Below are positions 37,118 through 48,461 of a DNA stretch of 64,000 nucleotides, in pieces (positions within the stretch are counted from its first letter, which is position 1; each line of letters begins with the position of its first letter). The stretch spans positions 370-64,369 of the forward strand of contig CAYRGW010000004.1 of NCBI GenBank assembly GCA_964423815.1, read 5' to 3'. A program made the translations under genes and the position numbers. Below the pieces are notes generated by a model. It had not been told where the DNA came from. It saw nothing but the letters and a program-made list of their open reading frames with translations, and searched no databases. Source of the DNA: an uncultured Solibacteraceae bacterium. Lineage in GTDB: Bacteria; Acidobacteriota; Vicinamibacteria; Vicinamibacterales; SCN-69-37.

Positions 37118-38584
37118 ATGCAGCTTTTCACCACCACGGCGCTTCGTGAACATCTGCTGCGCCGCGCCGGCTTTGGTCTGACGCCTGCCGAACGTGATCA
37201 CTATCAGCAGGGCACGTACACCGAAATTGTCGATGAGTTGGTCGGGTTTGATCCCGCGACCACGGATGTTGATCACCTGATGCAGCAACCGGGGCATGTC
37301 GGCGTCACGGCGCGTAACGGTGTGTTCGCCCCGAACACCGTGATCAACGATGCGCGGCAGCGCTGGTTGTTCCGGATGGTGCACACGCCCGCGCCGCTGC
37401 AGGAAAAGATGGCGCTGTTCTGGCATCACCACTTTGCGACGGCGTACAGCAAACTGGCCGGGACCTACGGGGCCACCGAGGGCGCGCGCATGATGGACGC
37501 CAAGCCGTCCACCGACACGGCCGGCGTGCGTGGGCAGATTGAATTGTTCCGTCAGCTTGGCATGGGCCGCTTCCGTGATCTGCTTGTGGAGGTCGCCAAG
37601 GATCCGGCGATGATCGTGTGGCTGGATGGGCGGACCAACTTCAAACGTCAGCCGCAGGAAAATTTCGGCCGCGAGTTGATGGAGTTGTTCACCTTCGGGA
37701 TCGGCCACTACACGGAAGGTGATGTGTACGCGGCTGCGCGTGTGTTCACCGGATGGAACCTCGCGTTGCAGGGCACCCGTGACACGCCGACCTCGCGATA
37801 CAACTTCAACTACAACGCTTCGCAACACGACACCGACGCCAAGACGTTCACGTTTGCCATCTATCAGAACGGATCCAAAACGATTCCGGCCAGGGCGGCA
37901 GCCGGGGGCATGCAGGACGGGATTGATCTGATCGACGCCCTGGCCCGTCACCCGGAAACGGCGCGCCGCCTGGCGCGGAGGCTCTGGACCTGGTTTGTCA
38001 GTGATGTGGAAGCGCCTGATGAGGGGTGGGTCGAGAACATTGCGGGGATCTACCTGTCGAATGACACCGAGATCCGGCCCGTGATGCGCGCGATCTTCCT
38101 GAGCACACACTTCCGCAGTGCGAGTCGTTATTTCAGTCGTTATGCGTGGCCGGTGGAATACGTGGTGCGCGCGATGAAGGAAGTGGGCTACGTGGGGTTT
38201 TCGGTCAACGACACGTTGACCCCGATGCTCAACATGGGCCAGCAGCTGTTCGAGCCGCCTGACGTCAACGGCTGGGCGATCGGGCCGGCGTGGTTTTCGA
38301 CCGGCTCGATGCTCGCCCGGATGAACTTCGCCTCGACCCTGGTGACCAATCAGCGGTTCGAATTGCGGAACAGCTCACGTGCGTCGAAGGCGACGCCGGA
38401 GCAGTTGTACGCGTTTGTCACGAGCCGGCTGACGTTGTCCTCGATTCCCGCTCCGGTCAGGACGGCGCTGCTCGACTACGTCCGCGCGGGCGGCACGTGG
38501 ACCGGTTCGGAAGCCCAGTTGCTCAGCAAGACGGGTGGTTTGTTCCACCTGCTTGTGGGCTCCGGCGAATTTCAGTTCGTGTAG
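37118..38584 (+). CDS. DUF1800 family protein
   Basis: HLLRRAGFG; LQEKMALFWHHHFAT; DPAM..WLD; ENFGRELMELFT.G; EPPDVNGW. Confidence 0.93.
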   Translation: MQLFTTTALREHLLRRAGFGLTPAERDHYQQGTYTEIVDELVGFDPATTDVDHLMQQPGHVGVTARNGVFAPNTVINDARQRWLFRMVHTPAPLQEKMALFWHHHFATAYSKLAGTYGATEGARMMDAKPSTDTAGVRGQIELFRQLGMGRFRDLLVEVAKDPAMIVWLDGRTNFKRQPQENFGRELMELFTFGIGHYTEGDVYAAARVFTGWNLALQGTRDTPTSRYNFNYNASQHDTDAKTFTFAIYQNGSKTIPARAAAGGMQDGIDLIDALARHPETARRLARRLWTWFVSDVEAPDEGWVENIAGIYLSNDTEIRPVMRAIFLSTHFRSASRYFSRYAWPVEYVVRAMKEVGYVGFSVNDTLTPMLNMGQQLFEPPDVNGWAIGPAWFSTGSMLARMNFASTLVTNQRFELRNSSRASKATPEQLYAFVTSRLTLSSIPAPVRTALLDYVRAGGTWTGSEAQLLSKTGGLFHLLVGSGEFQFV

Positions 38585-38597
38585 AAGGGGACCGGGC

Positions 38598-39863
38598 ATG
38601 AAGGTCACTCGACGACAGTTTGTCAAAGGCGGCGTCACGGCGTTCACCGTGAGCATGGCGGCCCCGGCGTTTTTGTCGGACATCGCCCGGGCGCAGGGCG
38701 CCTCGCGTCGCAATCTCGTGGTCCTCTACCTGAGCGGTGGCAACGACGCACTCAGCACGCTGATTCCCTACACCGATCCGTTCTACTACTCCCGCAGGCC
38801 CACACTGGCGGTGCCTGCGGCCAACGTCCTGCAGGTGGGCGCGGACGCCTCCGGCAAGGCGCTCGGGTTGCATCCCCGCCTCACGGGACTGCGACAGATT
38901 TTCGACGCCGGCGATCTCGCGATCATCCAGCGCACGGGGTATCCCAACTCCAGCCGCTCACACTTTCTCGGGACTGATATCTGGTCCACGGCCAATCCGG
39001 CGAACTCCTCCGGCACGGGCTGGCTCGGACGGTACCTCGACGCCCTGCCGGATCCGATCGATCCGCTGGTGGGGTGGAGCACCGTGCGTGAACTGCCGCA
39101 CTCGCTGGAGGGACGCAAAGTCGGCGTTCCCGCCATTCCGAGCGTCGCCGGGTACGCCTTCTCGAGCCCGAACACCGGAGCCGAAGCGGCCTACTCGCGC
39201 TCGACCATGGCGAACATCGCGTCGCATGTGCCGGTGGACCGGCCCCACGTGGCGTTTGTCAACGGCACCTCGATGGCGGCGCTCGCCACACTCGATCGGG
39301 TGGCGTCGGTCGCCTCCTACACAGGCACCGTGCAATACGCCAACAACGGGTTGGCGCAGGCGCTCAAGGCGGTCGGTGGCGCAATCGCGCGCGGCATCGG
39401 CACCAAAGTGTTCTGGGTGCAGACCGGCGGCTTTGATACACACGCGGGGCAGGGCACCAATCAGGCGAACGGCTCCTATTCCAATTTGATGGGCACGGTC
39501 GGCGACAGTTTGTTCTCCTTCTACACCGACATGCGCAATCAGGGACTGCTGCAGGACACCCTGGTGCTGCAGTTCTCGGAGTTTGGTCGCCGCGTCATTG
39601 AAAACGGCAGCACCGGGACCGACCACGGCGCCGCCGGTGTGATGATGGCGCTGGGTGGCGGGGTCAACGGCGGTCTCTACGGCAGCGCCGCCAACCTCAA
39701 TCCCAATAACGCCGACGGGTCACTCGAAAACAACGGGAACGACGTGCGGTATGAAACCGACTTCCGTGGCGTCTACGCCCGTGTGCTTGACCAGTGGCTC
39801 GGCGCGGACTCGATTCCGATTCTTGGCGGCAACTTCCGCAACAACGCGTTGTCGTTTCTCTGA
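38598..39863 (+). CDS. Tat-exported DUF1501 family protein
   Basis: TRRQFVK; LSGGND; SRSHF; GGFDTH; SEFGRR..ENGS.GTDHG; DFRGVY. Confidence 0.93.
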   Translation: MKVTRRQFVKGGVTAFTVSMAAPAFLSDIARAQGASRRNLVVLYLSGGNDALSTLIPYTDPFYYSRRPTLAVPAANVLQVGADASGKALGLHPRLTGLRQIFDAGDLAIIQRTGYPNSSRSHFLGTDIWSTANPANSSGTGWLGRYLDALPDPIDPLVGWSTVRELPHSLEGRKVGVPAIPSVAGYAFSSPNTGAEAAYSRSTMANIASHVPVDRPHVAFVNGTSMAALATLDRVASVASYTGTVQYANNGLAQALKAVGGAIARGIGTKVFWVQTGGFDTHAGQGTNQANGSYSNLMGTVGDSLFSFYTDMRNQGLLQDTLVLQFSEFGRRVIENGSTGTDHGAAGVMMALGGGVNGGLYGSAANLNPNNADGSLENNGNDVRYETDFRGVYARVLDQWLGADSIPILGGNFRNNALSFL

Positions 39864-39873
39864 TCGGGCCCGA

Positions 39874-39899
39874 TTCAGGAAAACTCAGGAATTCTCAGG
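39874..39899 (+). repeat. Short 10-bp-period tandem repeat
   Basis: TTCAGGA AAA CTCAGGA ATT CTCAGG. Confidence 0.4.
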
Positions 39900-39950
39900 T
39901 GTGGCGGCCGGAGGTGCCCGCGGCGCCCGATCGCTGCTACTGTCTCGCCT

Positions 39951-40727
39951 ATGCCAATCCGACGACAGAGCACGATCATCGTGTGGAGCATTGTCGTGTG
40001 TGCCTGCGGGGGCGGAAGCGGCGGCGCGCCGACGCCGACCGCGCCGACGGTCAACGTGGCCGACGCCGGCGACGGCACACTCCTTCTGCAGCGCCTGCCG
40101 ATCGACCTTGCGGCCGTGGATTTTGCGGTGGTGGTCTCACGGCGTGAGGGTCGGGACCCGGACTGGCGCCCGCTTGAGGACTACGGTCGTGTGTTCCCCG
40201 CAAACTCGGCTCGTCCGACAGCGGCCGCCAATCCACAGCCGACCTTCTACGCGCCGCTGGGCACCCCGGTGGTGGCGGTGGTGACGGGCACGGTGACCAG
40301 CATCTCGACGCTCTACAGCAACGACTTCTCAGTGATGATCGGGTCACCAGGCCAGGGCGGCACCTGGGAGCATGAACACGTCATCAATGTGCGTGTAAAC
40401 GTCGGTGACCGCGTGACGGCCGGGCAGCACATCGCCGACGTGAGCAACTTCGAGTGTGCGTGGGGGCGGAACAACTCCCCCAGTGATCCGCTGTGTCAGT
40501 CGGGTCTGGGGCTGGTGGAACTCGGCCTGCTGTATGGCGGAAATCCTCCGAGCCATCGGTGCCCATTTGAGCCGGAGGTGGTCGATCCGGCCAGACGCGC
40601 CGACATCTTCAGCCAGCTTGATTCCGCCAGATCACGCATCAAGGCCGCGTTCGGAAACCCCAATCTGTTTGGCGAGTCGACGTGGGCCACGTCCCAGTGC
40701 GTCAGCCTGGCACGCGTCGCCGGGTAA
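39951..40727 (+). CDS. Lipoprotein with an M23-like (duplicated hybrid motif) fold
   Basis: Lipobox VCAC; APLGTPVVAVVTGTV; V.VGDRVTAGQHIA. Confidence 0.65.
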   Translation: MPIRRQSTIIVWSIVVCACGGGSGGAPTPTAPTVNVADAGDGTLLLQRLPIDLAAVDFAVVVSRREGRDPDWRPLEDYGRVFPANSARPTAAANPQPTFYAPLGTPVVAVVTGTVTSISTLYSNDFSVMIGSPGQGGTWEHEHVINVRVNVGDRVTAGQHIADVSNFECAWGRNNSPSDPLCQSGLGLVELGLLYGGNPPSHRCPFEPEVVDPARRADIFSQLDSARSRIKAAFGNPNLFGESTWATSQCVSLARVAG

Positions 40728-40728
40728 C

Positions 40729-43527
40729 CTAGCTGCCCCGGCGCGCGTCCTTGACGACCTGCAACATGTAAAAATCGGCGTCCGCTTTTTCCCACTGCTT
40801 GAGCAGGGCGTCAAAGTGTGCGTTCGCACCGGCGACATCCCCCTTCTGCTGCAGAAGTCGCGCAAGGCCAAGACGCGCGGCCATCACGGCCGGGTTGGGC
40901 CCAAGCACGTTGGCCGATTGTGTGGCGAGTCGATAACTGGCAATCGCATCGTCAATGGCGCCGGCGCGTTCGCGGAGCAGGCCGAGGTAGTAGTGCAACT
41001 CGAATGACCGGGGGTTCTGCGCGAGATAACTCTCGATGAGCGCGACCCCTTCACGGCTGCGCCCGTCGGCGGTCATCACGAGAGCCCGCGCCACGAGTGC
41101 GGGCTGCATCTGCTGGGGATCATTCGGATCCATCGCTTCCAGCCGCGGGACCCAGGTTCGAACCGTGTCGATTTCCCCGATGACGGCCAGCGACGCGGCG
41201 ATCTGCGCCACACCCTGTGGCGGGACGTCGGGCCCCATGAGGGTCTTGACCTTCGCAATCCAGTCCCCCCGTTGCACGACCGCCATGGTGATGATCTCGC
41301 CGGCAGCAATGCCGTCGGAGAGTTCGGTGTCCGAGCTGCCTCGTGCCTGCGCCTGAAGTTGTTCGATGATGCGACGGTAGTCGGCCAGCCGCCCATCCCA
41401 GATCGCCAGGTTGGCATCAGCAAAAAGAAGCTGCTGCGGGGCCGCCAGACTTCTCGCGACCGTTTCAAACTCCGCGGTGCGCGGGTGGCCTTCGATTCGC
41501 GCGACCGACCAGCGCGCAATGGCGAGATTCGGATCCGGTCGCAAGGCCAAAGCCCGTTCCACCTGCACAAACGCATCGTCGAGTCGGCCCAGGAACAACA
41601 AGGCGTAGGCGGCATTGCTGATGGGGAGCGGCTCGCCTGGTGCGATGGCCATCGCGGCTTCGTACTGTTCGAGCGCTTTGCCGAAGTCGGCGACCTGCAT
41701 CAACAAAACCCCGAGGTTGTTGCGCGCGGCGTAGTCACCCGGATAGGCCGCCACCATGGTCTCAAGCGTCCGACGCGCCGAGTTCCGATCGTTGACGACA
41801 CGTGTGGCGTGGCTCCACTCAATGTACAGACGCTCGTATTCACTCACACGATCGCGCAGAGCGTACGCCTGTTCGGTGTACTTGCGCGCGTCGTCGGTCC
41901 GGCCGATGTTGGCCGACACCACACCGAGTTTGGCGTAGGCCAGGGCAAATTGGGGGTCGTGCGTGATTGCCTGCTGGTAGAAGGCAATCGACGCCTCGTC
42001 GCCCCTGGTCTGCCGCATGCGGTGCGCGAGTCCGTACGCCTTCAACGCATCAAGCGACGCCGTCGTGGCATCGGTGATGGGGACGTCGTATTTCTGAATC
42101 GACGCCAGTGATTCTCCCAGACCTTCACGCAGACTGGTGACGGCCAGCCCGACCTGCGTCAGCACCTCTTCTTTGGACGACGCCTGGACCTGCTCCTGGG
42201 CGAGCGCTCCGCCCGACTCGCAGTTGTAGACCCCGAGGGTGATCACGTACGCCGACCCGAGCGCGGCGATGGATCCTTCCACGGACGCCTTCGCGCCTGC
42301 CCGCTGGCACACTTCACGCGCGGTGGCGCTCGACAGCGGTTCGTCAGCCGCCTTGGACATGAGCCGCAATGTGCGCTGGATGGTCTGTTCGGGCAGCAGC
42401 GTCACAAACGGTGACTGCTGCAACTGCACCGACACGGCCTGCCGCAAGGCATCGTCAAACACCACGTCGCCGGTGGTGTTGTTGAAGTCGGCGATGACAA
42501 CGAGGTCGCGTTCGATAAAGGCGGGCGTGGCATTCTTGACCCAATACCAGTAGCCCGCCGCGGCGACGACTGCCACGCCGAGGACCGCGAGCACGGGGCG
42601 CAGAGAACGTGTGGACACGGTCTTGTCGGTATTCGTCGATGCGACGGTGGGTGCTGCGACGGTTGTGGACGTGCGTCCCGTGGTGTCGCGTCGAAGACGG
42701 CTGAGTTCCGACAACAGATCGGCGGCCGTCTGGTACCGCATCTTGCGGTCCTTCTCGAGCGCGCGCGTGATGATGTGCACGAGGTCGACCGGCACCGCAG
42801 GGTTGACCTGCTGCACGGGCACCGGATCACGATTCAAAATGGCGTCAAAAACGACGGCCGTCGTCTGCCCCCCGAACGCCTGGCGCCCGGTGGCCATTTC
42901 GTAGAGCACAAGGCCGAGTGAAAACAGGTCGGTGCGGCCGTCAAGCGCCTCTCCTCGCGCCTGTTCGGGCGACATATAGTTCACCGACCCAATCGCCGTC
43001 CCAGGCATCGTCAGCGACTCGGAGGCCACCCGTGTTTCATCGGCCGCCGCGTGTCTGGTGCCTGCGGTGGCCACGCCGAAGTCCAGGAGTTTGGCCTGGC
43101 CACGGTTGGTGATGACGATGTTCGCGGGTTTGATGTCGCGATGCACGATGCCCTGGGTGTGGGCGGCGTTGAGTGCGTCGGCAATCTGGCAACCGACCTC
43201 GAGAATCTGCTCCACCGGAAGGGGTTCCCCGGCGATCAGGGTCTTGAGCGACGCACCGTCGAGCAACTCCATCACGAAGAAACGGCGTCCCTCGAAGATC
43301 CCGCTGTCATGGACCGTGCAGATGTTGGGATGACTGAGCGACGCGGCCAGTTTGGCCTCGCGTTCAAAACGTTCGGCCAGGTCGGGCGAAAGATTGAGCG
43401 TCTCGGGGAGAAACTTGATGGCGACGTGTCGGTCCAGCCTGGTGTCCTCGGCCTCGTAGACCACACCCATGCCGCCGCTGCCGAGTTGCCGAAGAATTTT
43501 GTACTGCTGGACCTGGGTGCCTTGCAT
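40729..43527 (-). CDS. Hanks-type Ser/Thr protein kinase with TM and TPR-rich C-terminus
   Basis: [10 protein letters not shown]; VAIK; HRDIKPAN; DFG; YMSPEQARG; DLFSLG; TPR-like repeats. Confidence 0.95.
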   Translation of the reverse strand: MQGTQVQQYKILRQLGSGGMGVVYEAEDTRLDRHVAIKFLPETLNLSPDLAERFEREAKLAASLSHPNICTVHDSGIFEGRRFFVMELLDGASLKTLIAGEPLPVEQILEVGCQIADALNAAHTQGIVHRDIKPANIVITNRGQAKLLDFGVATAGTRHAAADETRVASESLTMPGTAIGSVNYMSPEQARGEALDGRTDLFSLGLVLYEMATGRQAFGGQTTAVVFDAILNRDPVPVQQVNPAVPVDLVHIITRALEKDRKMRYQTAADLLSELSRLRRDTTGRTSTTVAAPTVASTNTDKTVSTRSLRPVLAVLGVAVVAAAGYWYWVKNATPAFIERDLVVIADFNNTTGDVVFDDALRQAVSVQLQQSPFVTLLPEQTIQRTLRLMSKAADEPLSSATAREVCQRAGAKASVEGSIAALGSAYVITLGVYNCESGGALAQEQVQASSKEEVLTQVGLAVTSLREGLGESLASIQKYDVPITDATTASLDALKAYGLAHRMRQTRGDEASIAFYQQAITHDPQFALAYAKLGVVSANIGRTDDARKYTEQAYALRDRVSEYERLYIEWSHATRVVNDRNSARRTLETMVAAYPGDYAARNNLGVLLMQVADFGKALEQYEAAMAIAPGEPLPISNAAYALLFLGRLDDAFVQVERALALRPDPNLAIARWSVARIEGHPRTAEFETVARSLAAPQQLLFADANLAIWDGRLADYRRIIEQLQAQARGSSDTELSDGIAAGEIITMAVVQRGDWIAKVKTLMGPDVPPQGVAQIAASLAVIGEIDTVRTWVPRLEAMDPNDPQQMQPALVARALVMTADGRSREGVALIESYLAQNPRSFELHYYLGLLRERAGAIDDAIASYRLATQSANVLGPNPAVMAARLGLARLLQQKGDVAGANAHFDALLKQWEKADADFYMLQVVKDARRGS

Positions 43528-43535
43528 GCACCCGA

Positions 43536-44969
43536 TTATCTCCCGATTCTGTAGAGCCTGGTCTCGGTGCGGATGAAGATCGAGTTGTCTGCCACGGCCG
43601 GGGAGGCGAGGGTCATTTCGTCCAGCGAGTTCTGGCGCACTTCCCGGTACTCGGCTCCGGGCTCCACCACCACCATGGTGCCTTCCTCGTCGAGGAAAAA
43701 GATCCGGTTGCCGGTCACGATGGGTGAGGCCGAGAAGGTGTGGCCGATGCCGCCGACGCGCGCCTTGTACTGCTCCTTGCCGGTTTCCGCATCCAGCACC
43801 GTCATGATGCCGGTGTCATGGAGCAGATACAGGCGACCTCCGGCCAGCACCGGGGACGGGGTGTAGCCCGAGGCCCGCGGGTGTGACCAGGCGATGAACG
43901 TGTTGCTGGTCTCGTCCTCTTTCAGAGAGATGTCGCCGGCTGCCCCTGGTCGAATGGCAAAAAACGGTCGCGAGGCGTCGCCGCCCTGTGCGCCCGTTCC
44001 CACAAACAACATCCCGTTCGCCGCAAACGCCGAAGGCGTCGGCATCGTGGTGCCGGGAATCACGATGCGCCACAGCTCCTTGCCGTCCTCGGGGGAGTAA
44101 CTGCGGACCGAACGATGGCCCGTGACGATGACCTCGGTGCGTCCGGCATGGGTCCAGATGTACGGGGTGTTCCAGGACGAGTGCAGCAGTCCCTCCGACG
44201 CCCGCGCTGAACGCCAGAGTTCCGCGCCTGTTTTGGCGTCGAGCGCCGTGAGGAATGACTCCTGCTCGGAATCCTGCAGCAGGAACACTTTGCCGTTGTG
44301 CGCGACCGGCGAGGACGCCGTGCCGAAGTCGAGATAGATGCGCTGCGGCGGCCACTCCTTTTTCCAGAGCGGCGTGCCGTCGAGTGTGAACGCAAACATG
44401 CCGATGTTCTGTCCGAACGACACGTAGAGACGTTCGCCGTCGGTGAACGGGGTTTCGGAGGCGTACGTGTTCTTGCGGTGGCGCCCACCAAACGGCAGGC
44501 CTTTGTGGACTTCACGCTCCCACAACGGTTTGCCGGTGGCCGCGTCAAACGCGTAGAGCATGTAGCGGATGGCATCCGACTCTTCCGGGATCTCGTTGTC
44601 CCGCTCCCGCACCAGTCGGTTCACCTCTGCGGCCGGAATCCCCTTGGCGCGCAGTTCCGCGATGTAGTCGTTGCCATACAGGCCCGGTGAGGGCTGCTTG
44701 AACGGTTTATCGCTGATTGCCGATGTCAGATACACGACGTTGTTCCAGATGACGGGGGAAGACCAACCTCGTCCGGTCACTGGGACCGACCATTGGACGT
44801 TGTCCGTTTTTGACCAGGCGTCCGGGAGGCTTGCCGTCGCCACGCCGTTGGCGGTCGGGCCACGGAAACCCGGCCAATTGGTGGTGTCGGCAGCCGCACG
44901 CCCGGCGGCCACGGCGATTCCCATCACGCATACACCCACAACAACCCGTCGCAGCACTCCTGAGGACAT
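43536..44969 (-). CDS. Secreted PQQ-binding-like beta-propeller protein
   Basis: Start reassigned to ATG 44969 (signal peptide follows); NWPGFRGP; GRGWSSP; SSP motifs. Confidence 0.85.
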   Translation of the reverse strand: MSSGVLRRVVVGVCVMGIAVAAGRAAADTTNWPGFRGPTANGVATASLPDAWSKTDNVQWSVPVTGRGWSSPVIWNNVVYLTSAISDKPFKQPSPGLYGNDYIAELRAKGIPAAEVNRLVRERDNEIPEESDAIRYMLYAFDAATGKPLWEREVHKGLPFGGRHRKNTYASETPFTDGERLYVSFGQNIGMFAFTLDGTPLWKKEWPPQRIYLDFGTASSPVAHNGKVFLLQDSEQESFLTALDAKTGAELWRSARASEGLLHSSWNTPYIWTHAGRTEVIVTGHRSVRSYSPEDGKELWRIVIPGTTMPTPSAFAANGMLFVGTGAQGGDASRPFFAIRPGAAGDISLKEDETSNTFIAWSHPRASGYTPSPVLAGGRLYLLHDTGIMTVLDAETGKEQYKARVGGIGHTFSASPIVTGNRIFFLDEEGTMVVVEPGAEYREVRQNSLDEMTLASPAVADNSIFIRTETRLYRIGR

Positions 44970-45018
44970 GGCCGCAGGATACCCCACAACCTTTTGACCG
45001 TCATTTCCGTCAAACCTC

Positions 45019-45039
45019 TCCATTAGAACTTCTGATGGA
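45019..45039. promoter_or_regulatory. Palindromic operator upstream of padR-1
   Basis: TCCATTAGAACTTCTGATGGA, a near-perfect 21-bp palindrome 11 bp before the ATG. Confidence 0.6.
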
Positions 45040-45050
45040 AGGATGCGCGC

Positions 45051-45395
45051 ATGACGAGACGGTCGGCACAGACGAGTGGAGATTTGTTGCAGGGCACGTT
45101 GGACCTGCTGGTCCTGCAGACGCTGCAACTGGGCCCGGCCCACGGGTATGCGATTGCCTCCACGATCGCGCGGCGCTCCGATGACGTGTTGCAGGTCGAG
45201 CAGGGGTCGTTGTACCCGGCGCTGCAGCGTCTGGAAGACCGCGGCTGGATCGGGTCGTACTGGGGGACGTCCGACGCCAATCGACGCGCGCGTTTTTACA
45301 AACTGACGCCGGCGGGGAAGAAACAACTGCTGGCCGAAGCCACGCGCTGGGAACAGCTCGCCCGCGCGGTCACACGTGTCATGCGTCCGGTGTAG
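45051..45395 (+). CDS. PadR family regulator (acidobacterial type)
   Basis: [11 protein letters not shown]; HGYAI; [12 protein letters not shown]; [11 protein letters not shown]. Confidence 0.93.
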   Translation: MTRRSAQTSGDLLQGTLDLLVLQTLQLGPAHGYAIASTIARRSDDVLQVEQGSLYPALQRLEDRGWIGSYWGTSDANRRARFYKLTPAGKKQLLAEATRWEQLARAVTRVMRPV

Positions 45396-45403
45396 GAGAC
45401 GAC

Positions 45404-48037
45404 ATGGCCTGGACACCCTGGTTCATCCGCCGGCGTCGTGACCGTGAGCGCGCAGAGGAACTGCAGTCCCACCTCGCGCATCACATCGAAGATCTGATCG
45501 GCCGGGGTGTGGCGCCAGACGAGGCGCGACGGCAGGCCCGTGTGTTGTTTGGCAATCCGCGGGCGACCCGCGAGGACGTGGAGGCCATGCAGACGTTGCC
45601 TGTGGCGGATGCCTTTGTACGCGACCTGAAGTACGCCGGTCGTGTGCTCCGGAAGTCCCCGGGTTTCACCCTCACGGCGATCGGCACGCTCGCGCTGGTG
45701 ATTGGTGCCAATACCGCGGTGTTCAGCCTTGCCAACGGTCTGCTGTTCACCCCGCTGCCGTATCCCGATCCGGATCGGCTGATGCTTGTGCACACCGATG
45801 TGACGACCCCTCGCGGCGTGTTTGGGTCGACCGCGCAGGATGCCTGGGGCTGGGAGGCGTTGCGCGATACACGCTGGGCGGATCGCGCCGCCGTCTTCAG
45901 TGACATGTTTTCGGGTGTGAACTTTGCGATCGGCACCCGCGCGCTGATCGTGGACCAGCAACGCGTCGGCGCCGGATTTTTCAAGGTCCTCGGCATCGCG
46001 CCGAGACTCGGCCGTGAGTTCGAGCCGGCAGAGGATGTGCCCAACGGTCCCCCCGTGGTGATCCTCAGTCATCAGGTCTGGCAGAGCGCCTTCGCCGGTG
46101 ACACAAACGTGCTGGGGAGGTCCGTGTTGTTGCGCGGTGAACCCTGGACGGTGGTCGGTGTGATGCCCGAAGGTTTTCGCAGCACGGTGCCTGCCGGCGT
46201 CTGGACACCGCTGCGCCCCTCGACGGCCGGGGAAGGCAGCGGCACCAACTATCGCATCCTGTTTCGTCTTCCGGCGGATGTCGCTCGAGGGGAGGTCGCG
46301 CCCGATCTCGCCAGAGCCATTGACCCCACGTATGTGCATCGCGATTTTCCTGATGGTGTCTCCGCCACGACACGTCTGGAATCACTCACCGACGCGATGA
46401 CCGCCGATATGTCCGAGGTCATCGGCATGCTGGGCGCCTCGGCGCTGACGGTCCTGCTGATCGCGTGTGTGAACTTGACCGGACTGCTGCTGGCGCGCGG
46501 GGAAACACGCACGAAGGAGATTGCCACCCGCATGGCCCTGGGCAGCGGTCGGCGCGCGGTGGTGCGCCAACTCATGGTGGAGAGCCTGGTGCTTGCGGCC
46601 TGTGGAGGCGCCGGTGGATTGCTGATTGGCTGGCTCGGGTTGAACGGCCTGCAGGCGTTGGCCGGTCAGGGGTACGCCGACTGGCAGCGGGTCACGATGG
46701 ACGCGCGCGTCGTGATCGTGTCGGGTATCGGCGCGGTGCTGACGTGTCTTCTGTTTGGCACCATTCCCGCCCTGCAGGCCAGTCGTGTCGACATTCAGGC
46801 GGCCTTCTCCGGCGGGGGCTCGCGCGCTGTGGCGGGCGGTGGGCGGCATTGGACCCGCCGCGGCCTGATCGTGGCCGAGGTCGCGCTTGGCCTGGTGTTG
46901 CTCGTCGCCGCCGGCTTGTTATTCCGGACGTTCGTCAACCTTCGCTCACTTGAGCCGGGGTTCGAGCCCGAGGGACTGGTGACGGCCTCGGTCTCCCTGT
47001 TGGACGCGCGCTATCCGGGCCCCGTGGAAGTGAATCGCCTGTTCGATCGGACGCTCGACGGGCTTCGCCGCGCGCCGGGGATTCACAGTTCGTCGGTGTC
47101 GCTCGGTCTGCCGTTTGAGCGTGTCCTCAACATGGGATTCCGCTTCCCGGAGGCCGACAAGGGTGAGACCGCCAGTGTGATGTACGCGTCATCGGAGTTT
47201 TTCGAGACGCTCAGGATCCCACTGCGGACGGGTCGAGGTTTTGCTGAATCGGACACCGCCGCCAGCCTGCCGGTGGTGGTCGTGAACGAGGCGTTCAGGG
47301 ACATCTATTCCGCCGAGCGTGAAGTTCTTGGGCGCCGGGTGCGATTGTCTGGTGCTGAACGCCACATTGTTGGAGTGGTGGCCGACGTACAGCAGCGGCC
47401 CGGGTTCATCGTCGAGGGCATGGTCCCGGGACCCGTGGTCGCCTCTCCAACGATCTACCTCCCCGTGCGGCAGGTGCCGGCGGGCATCGTCGGCACGCAC
47501 CTCTGGTTCCCGCCGGTGTTCAGTGTGCGGGCGGATAGTCCGGCGCGCGCCGAACAGGCACTGGCTGCGGCCGTCGCGTCCGCTGATCCACTGTTGCCGA
47601 TCGCCGGCATTCGCGAGATGTCCGCCGTGCGTGATCAGGCGACGAGTCAGGAGCAGATGCTCATGACCCTGGTCGGGACACTGGCGGCCGTCGCGCTGAT
47701 GTTGACCGCCATCGGTCTGCACGGCCTTGTGGCGAGCGCGGTCACCGCACGCCGGCGCGAGTTCAGCATCCGTATGGCGCTTGGGGCCACACCGGCAGCG
47801 ACGGTACGCTCGGTGCTGGCCGGTGGCCTCCGCCTCTCGGCGGTCGGCGCCGCGATCGGCGTGGCCCTGGCCATCCCCGCGTCGTCCCTGGTGGCGTCGT
47901 GGCTGTATGGCGTCGCGGAGCACGACGTGATGACCTATGTTGCCGCGTCGGCGTTCCTGCTGATCGTCGCCGGCCTCGCGAGCCTGCTGCCGGCCCTCAC
48001 GCTGCTGCGCCTGGATCCGGCGCAGACGCTGAGATGA
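45404..48037 (+). CDS. ADOP-type duplicated ABC permease (MacB-like)
   Basis: EEL.SHL N-terminus; RDLKYAGR.LRKSPGF; two MacB/FtsX halves (IACVNL; R.KEIATRMALG; RRREF.IRMALGA); no ATPase adjacent. Confidence 0.93.
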   Translation: MAWTPWFIRRRRDRERAEELQSHLAHHIEDLIGRGVAPDEARRQARVLFGNPRATREDVEAMQTLPVADAFVRDLKYAGRVLRKSPGFTLTAIGTLALVIGANTAVFSLANGLLFTPLPYPDPDRLMLVHTDVTTPRGVFGSTAQDAWGWEALRDTRWADRAAVFSDMFSGVNFAIGTRALIVDQQRVGAGFFKVLGIAPRLGREFEPAEDVPNGPPVVILSHQVWQSAFAGDTNVLGRSVLLRGEPWTVVGVMPEGFRSTVPAGVWTPLRPSTAGEGSGTNYRILFRLPADVARGEVAPDLARAIDPTYVHRDFPDGVSATTRLESLTDAMTADMSEVIGMLGASALTVLLIACVNLTGLLLARGETRTKEIATRMALGSGRRAVVRQLMVESLVLAACGGAGGLLIGWLGLNGLQALAGQGYADWQRVTMDARVVIVSGIGAVLTCLLFGTIPALQASRVDIQAAFSGGGSRAVAGGGRHWTRRGLIVAEVALGLVLLVAAGLLFRTFVNLRSLEPGFEPEGLVTASVSLLDARYPGPVEVNRLFDRTLDGLRRAPGIHSSSVSLGLPFERVLNMGFRFPEADKGETASVMYASSEFFETLRIPLRTGRGFAESDTAASLPVVVVNEAFRDIYSAEREVLGRRVRLSGAERHIVGVVADVQQRPGFIVEGMVPGPVVASPTIYLPVRQVPAGIVGTHLWFPPVFSVRADSPARAEQALAAAVASADPLLPIAGIREMSAVRDQATSQEQMLMTLVGTLAAVALMLTAIGLHGLVASAVTARRREFSIRMALGATPAATVRSVLAGGLRLSAVGAAIGVALAIPASSLVASWLYGVAEHDVMTYVAASAFLLIVAGLASLLPALTLLRLDPAQTLR

Positions 48038-48064
48038 GGCCGACGGGGCAGGGCGCGATAACTG

Positions 48065-48094
48065 TAGACAAAGTGTATAGAGACAATGTAGCCT
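48065..48094 (+). promoter_or_regulatory. Putative promoter/operator of padR-2
   Basis: TAGACA-AAG-TGTATA inverted repeat overlapping a TAGACA-N18-TAGCCT promoter-like pair. Confidence 0.45.
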
Positions 48095-48101
48095 GAACGG
48101 C

Positions 48102-48461
48102 ATGGCGCGCCGACCGGACCCTGTCTCCTTCCTGCCCCTGAAGACCGAAGTGGCCCTGATCCTGATGGCGCTCGACGGGCGGCCGCTGCACGGCTACGCG
48201 ATCATCAAGGACGTGCGGGACCGTTCCGACGGCAGCACGGAGTTGCAGACCGGCGCGTTGTACCGCCACCTCCGTCGGCTCCTCGAAGACGCACTCATTG
48301 TGGAAGTGGAGCGCCCCGACGGGGAGGAGAGCGACGACGAGCGGCGGCGGTATTACAAGGCCACCCCGCTGGGACGTGACGTCCTCGAGGCTGATCTCGC
48401 CCGCATGGCGCGCCTGGTGCACGCCGCCCGCGCACCACGCACGGTCCGGACACGATCCTGA
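48102..48461 (+). CDS. PadR family regulator
   Basis: LILMAL; LHGYAII; TGALYRHL.RL; RRRYYKAT.LG. Confidence 0.92.
   Translation: MARRPDPVSFLPLKTEVALILMALDGRPLHGYAIIKDVRDRSDGSTELQTGALYRHLRRLLEDALIVEVERPDGEESDDERRRYYKATPLGRDVLEADLARMARLVHAARAPRTVRTRS

Noticed and set aside
44970-45416. N-terminal 149 codons of ORF 43536-45416
   Set aside because: Overlaps padR on the other strand; the signal peptide begins at ATG 44969.
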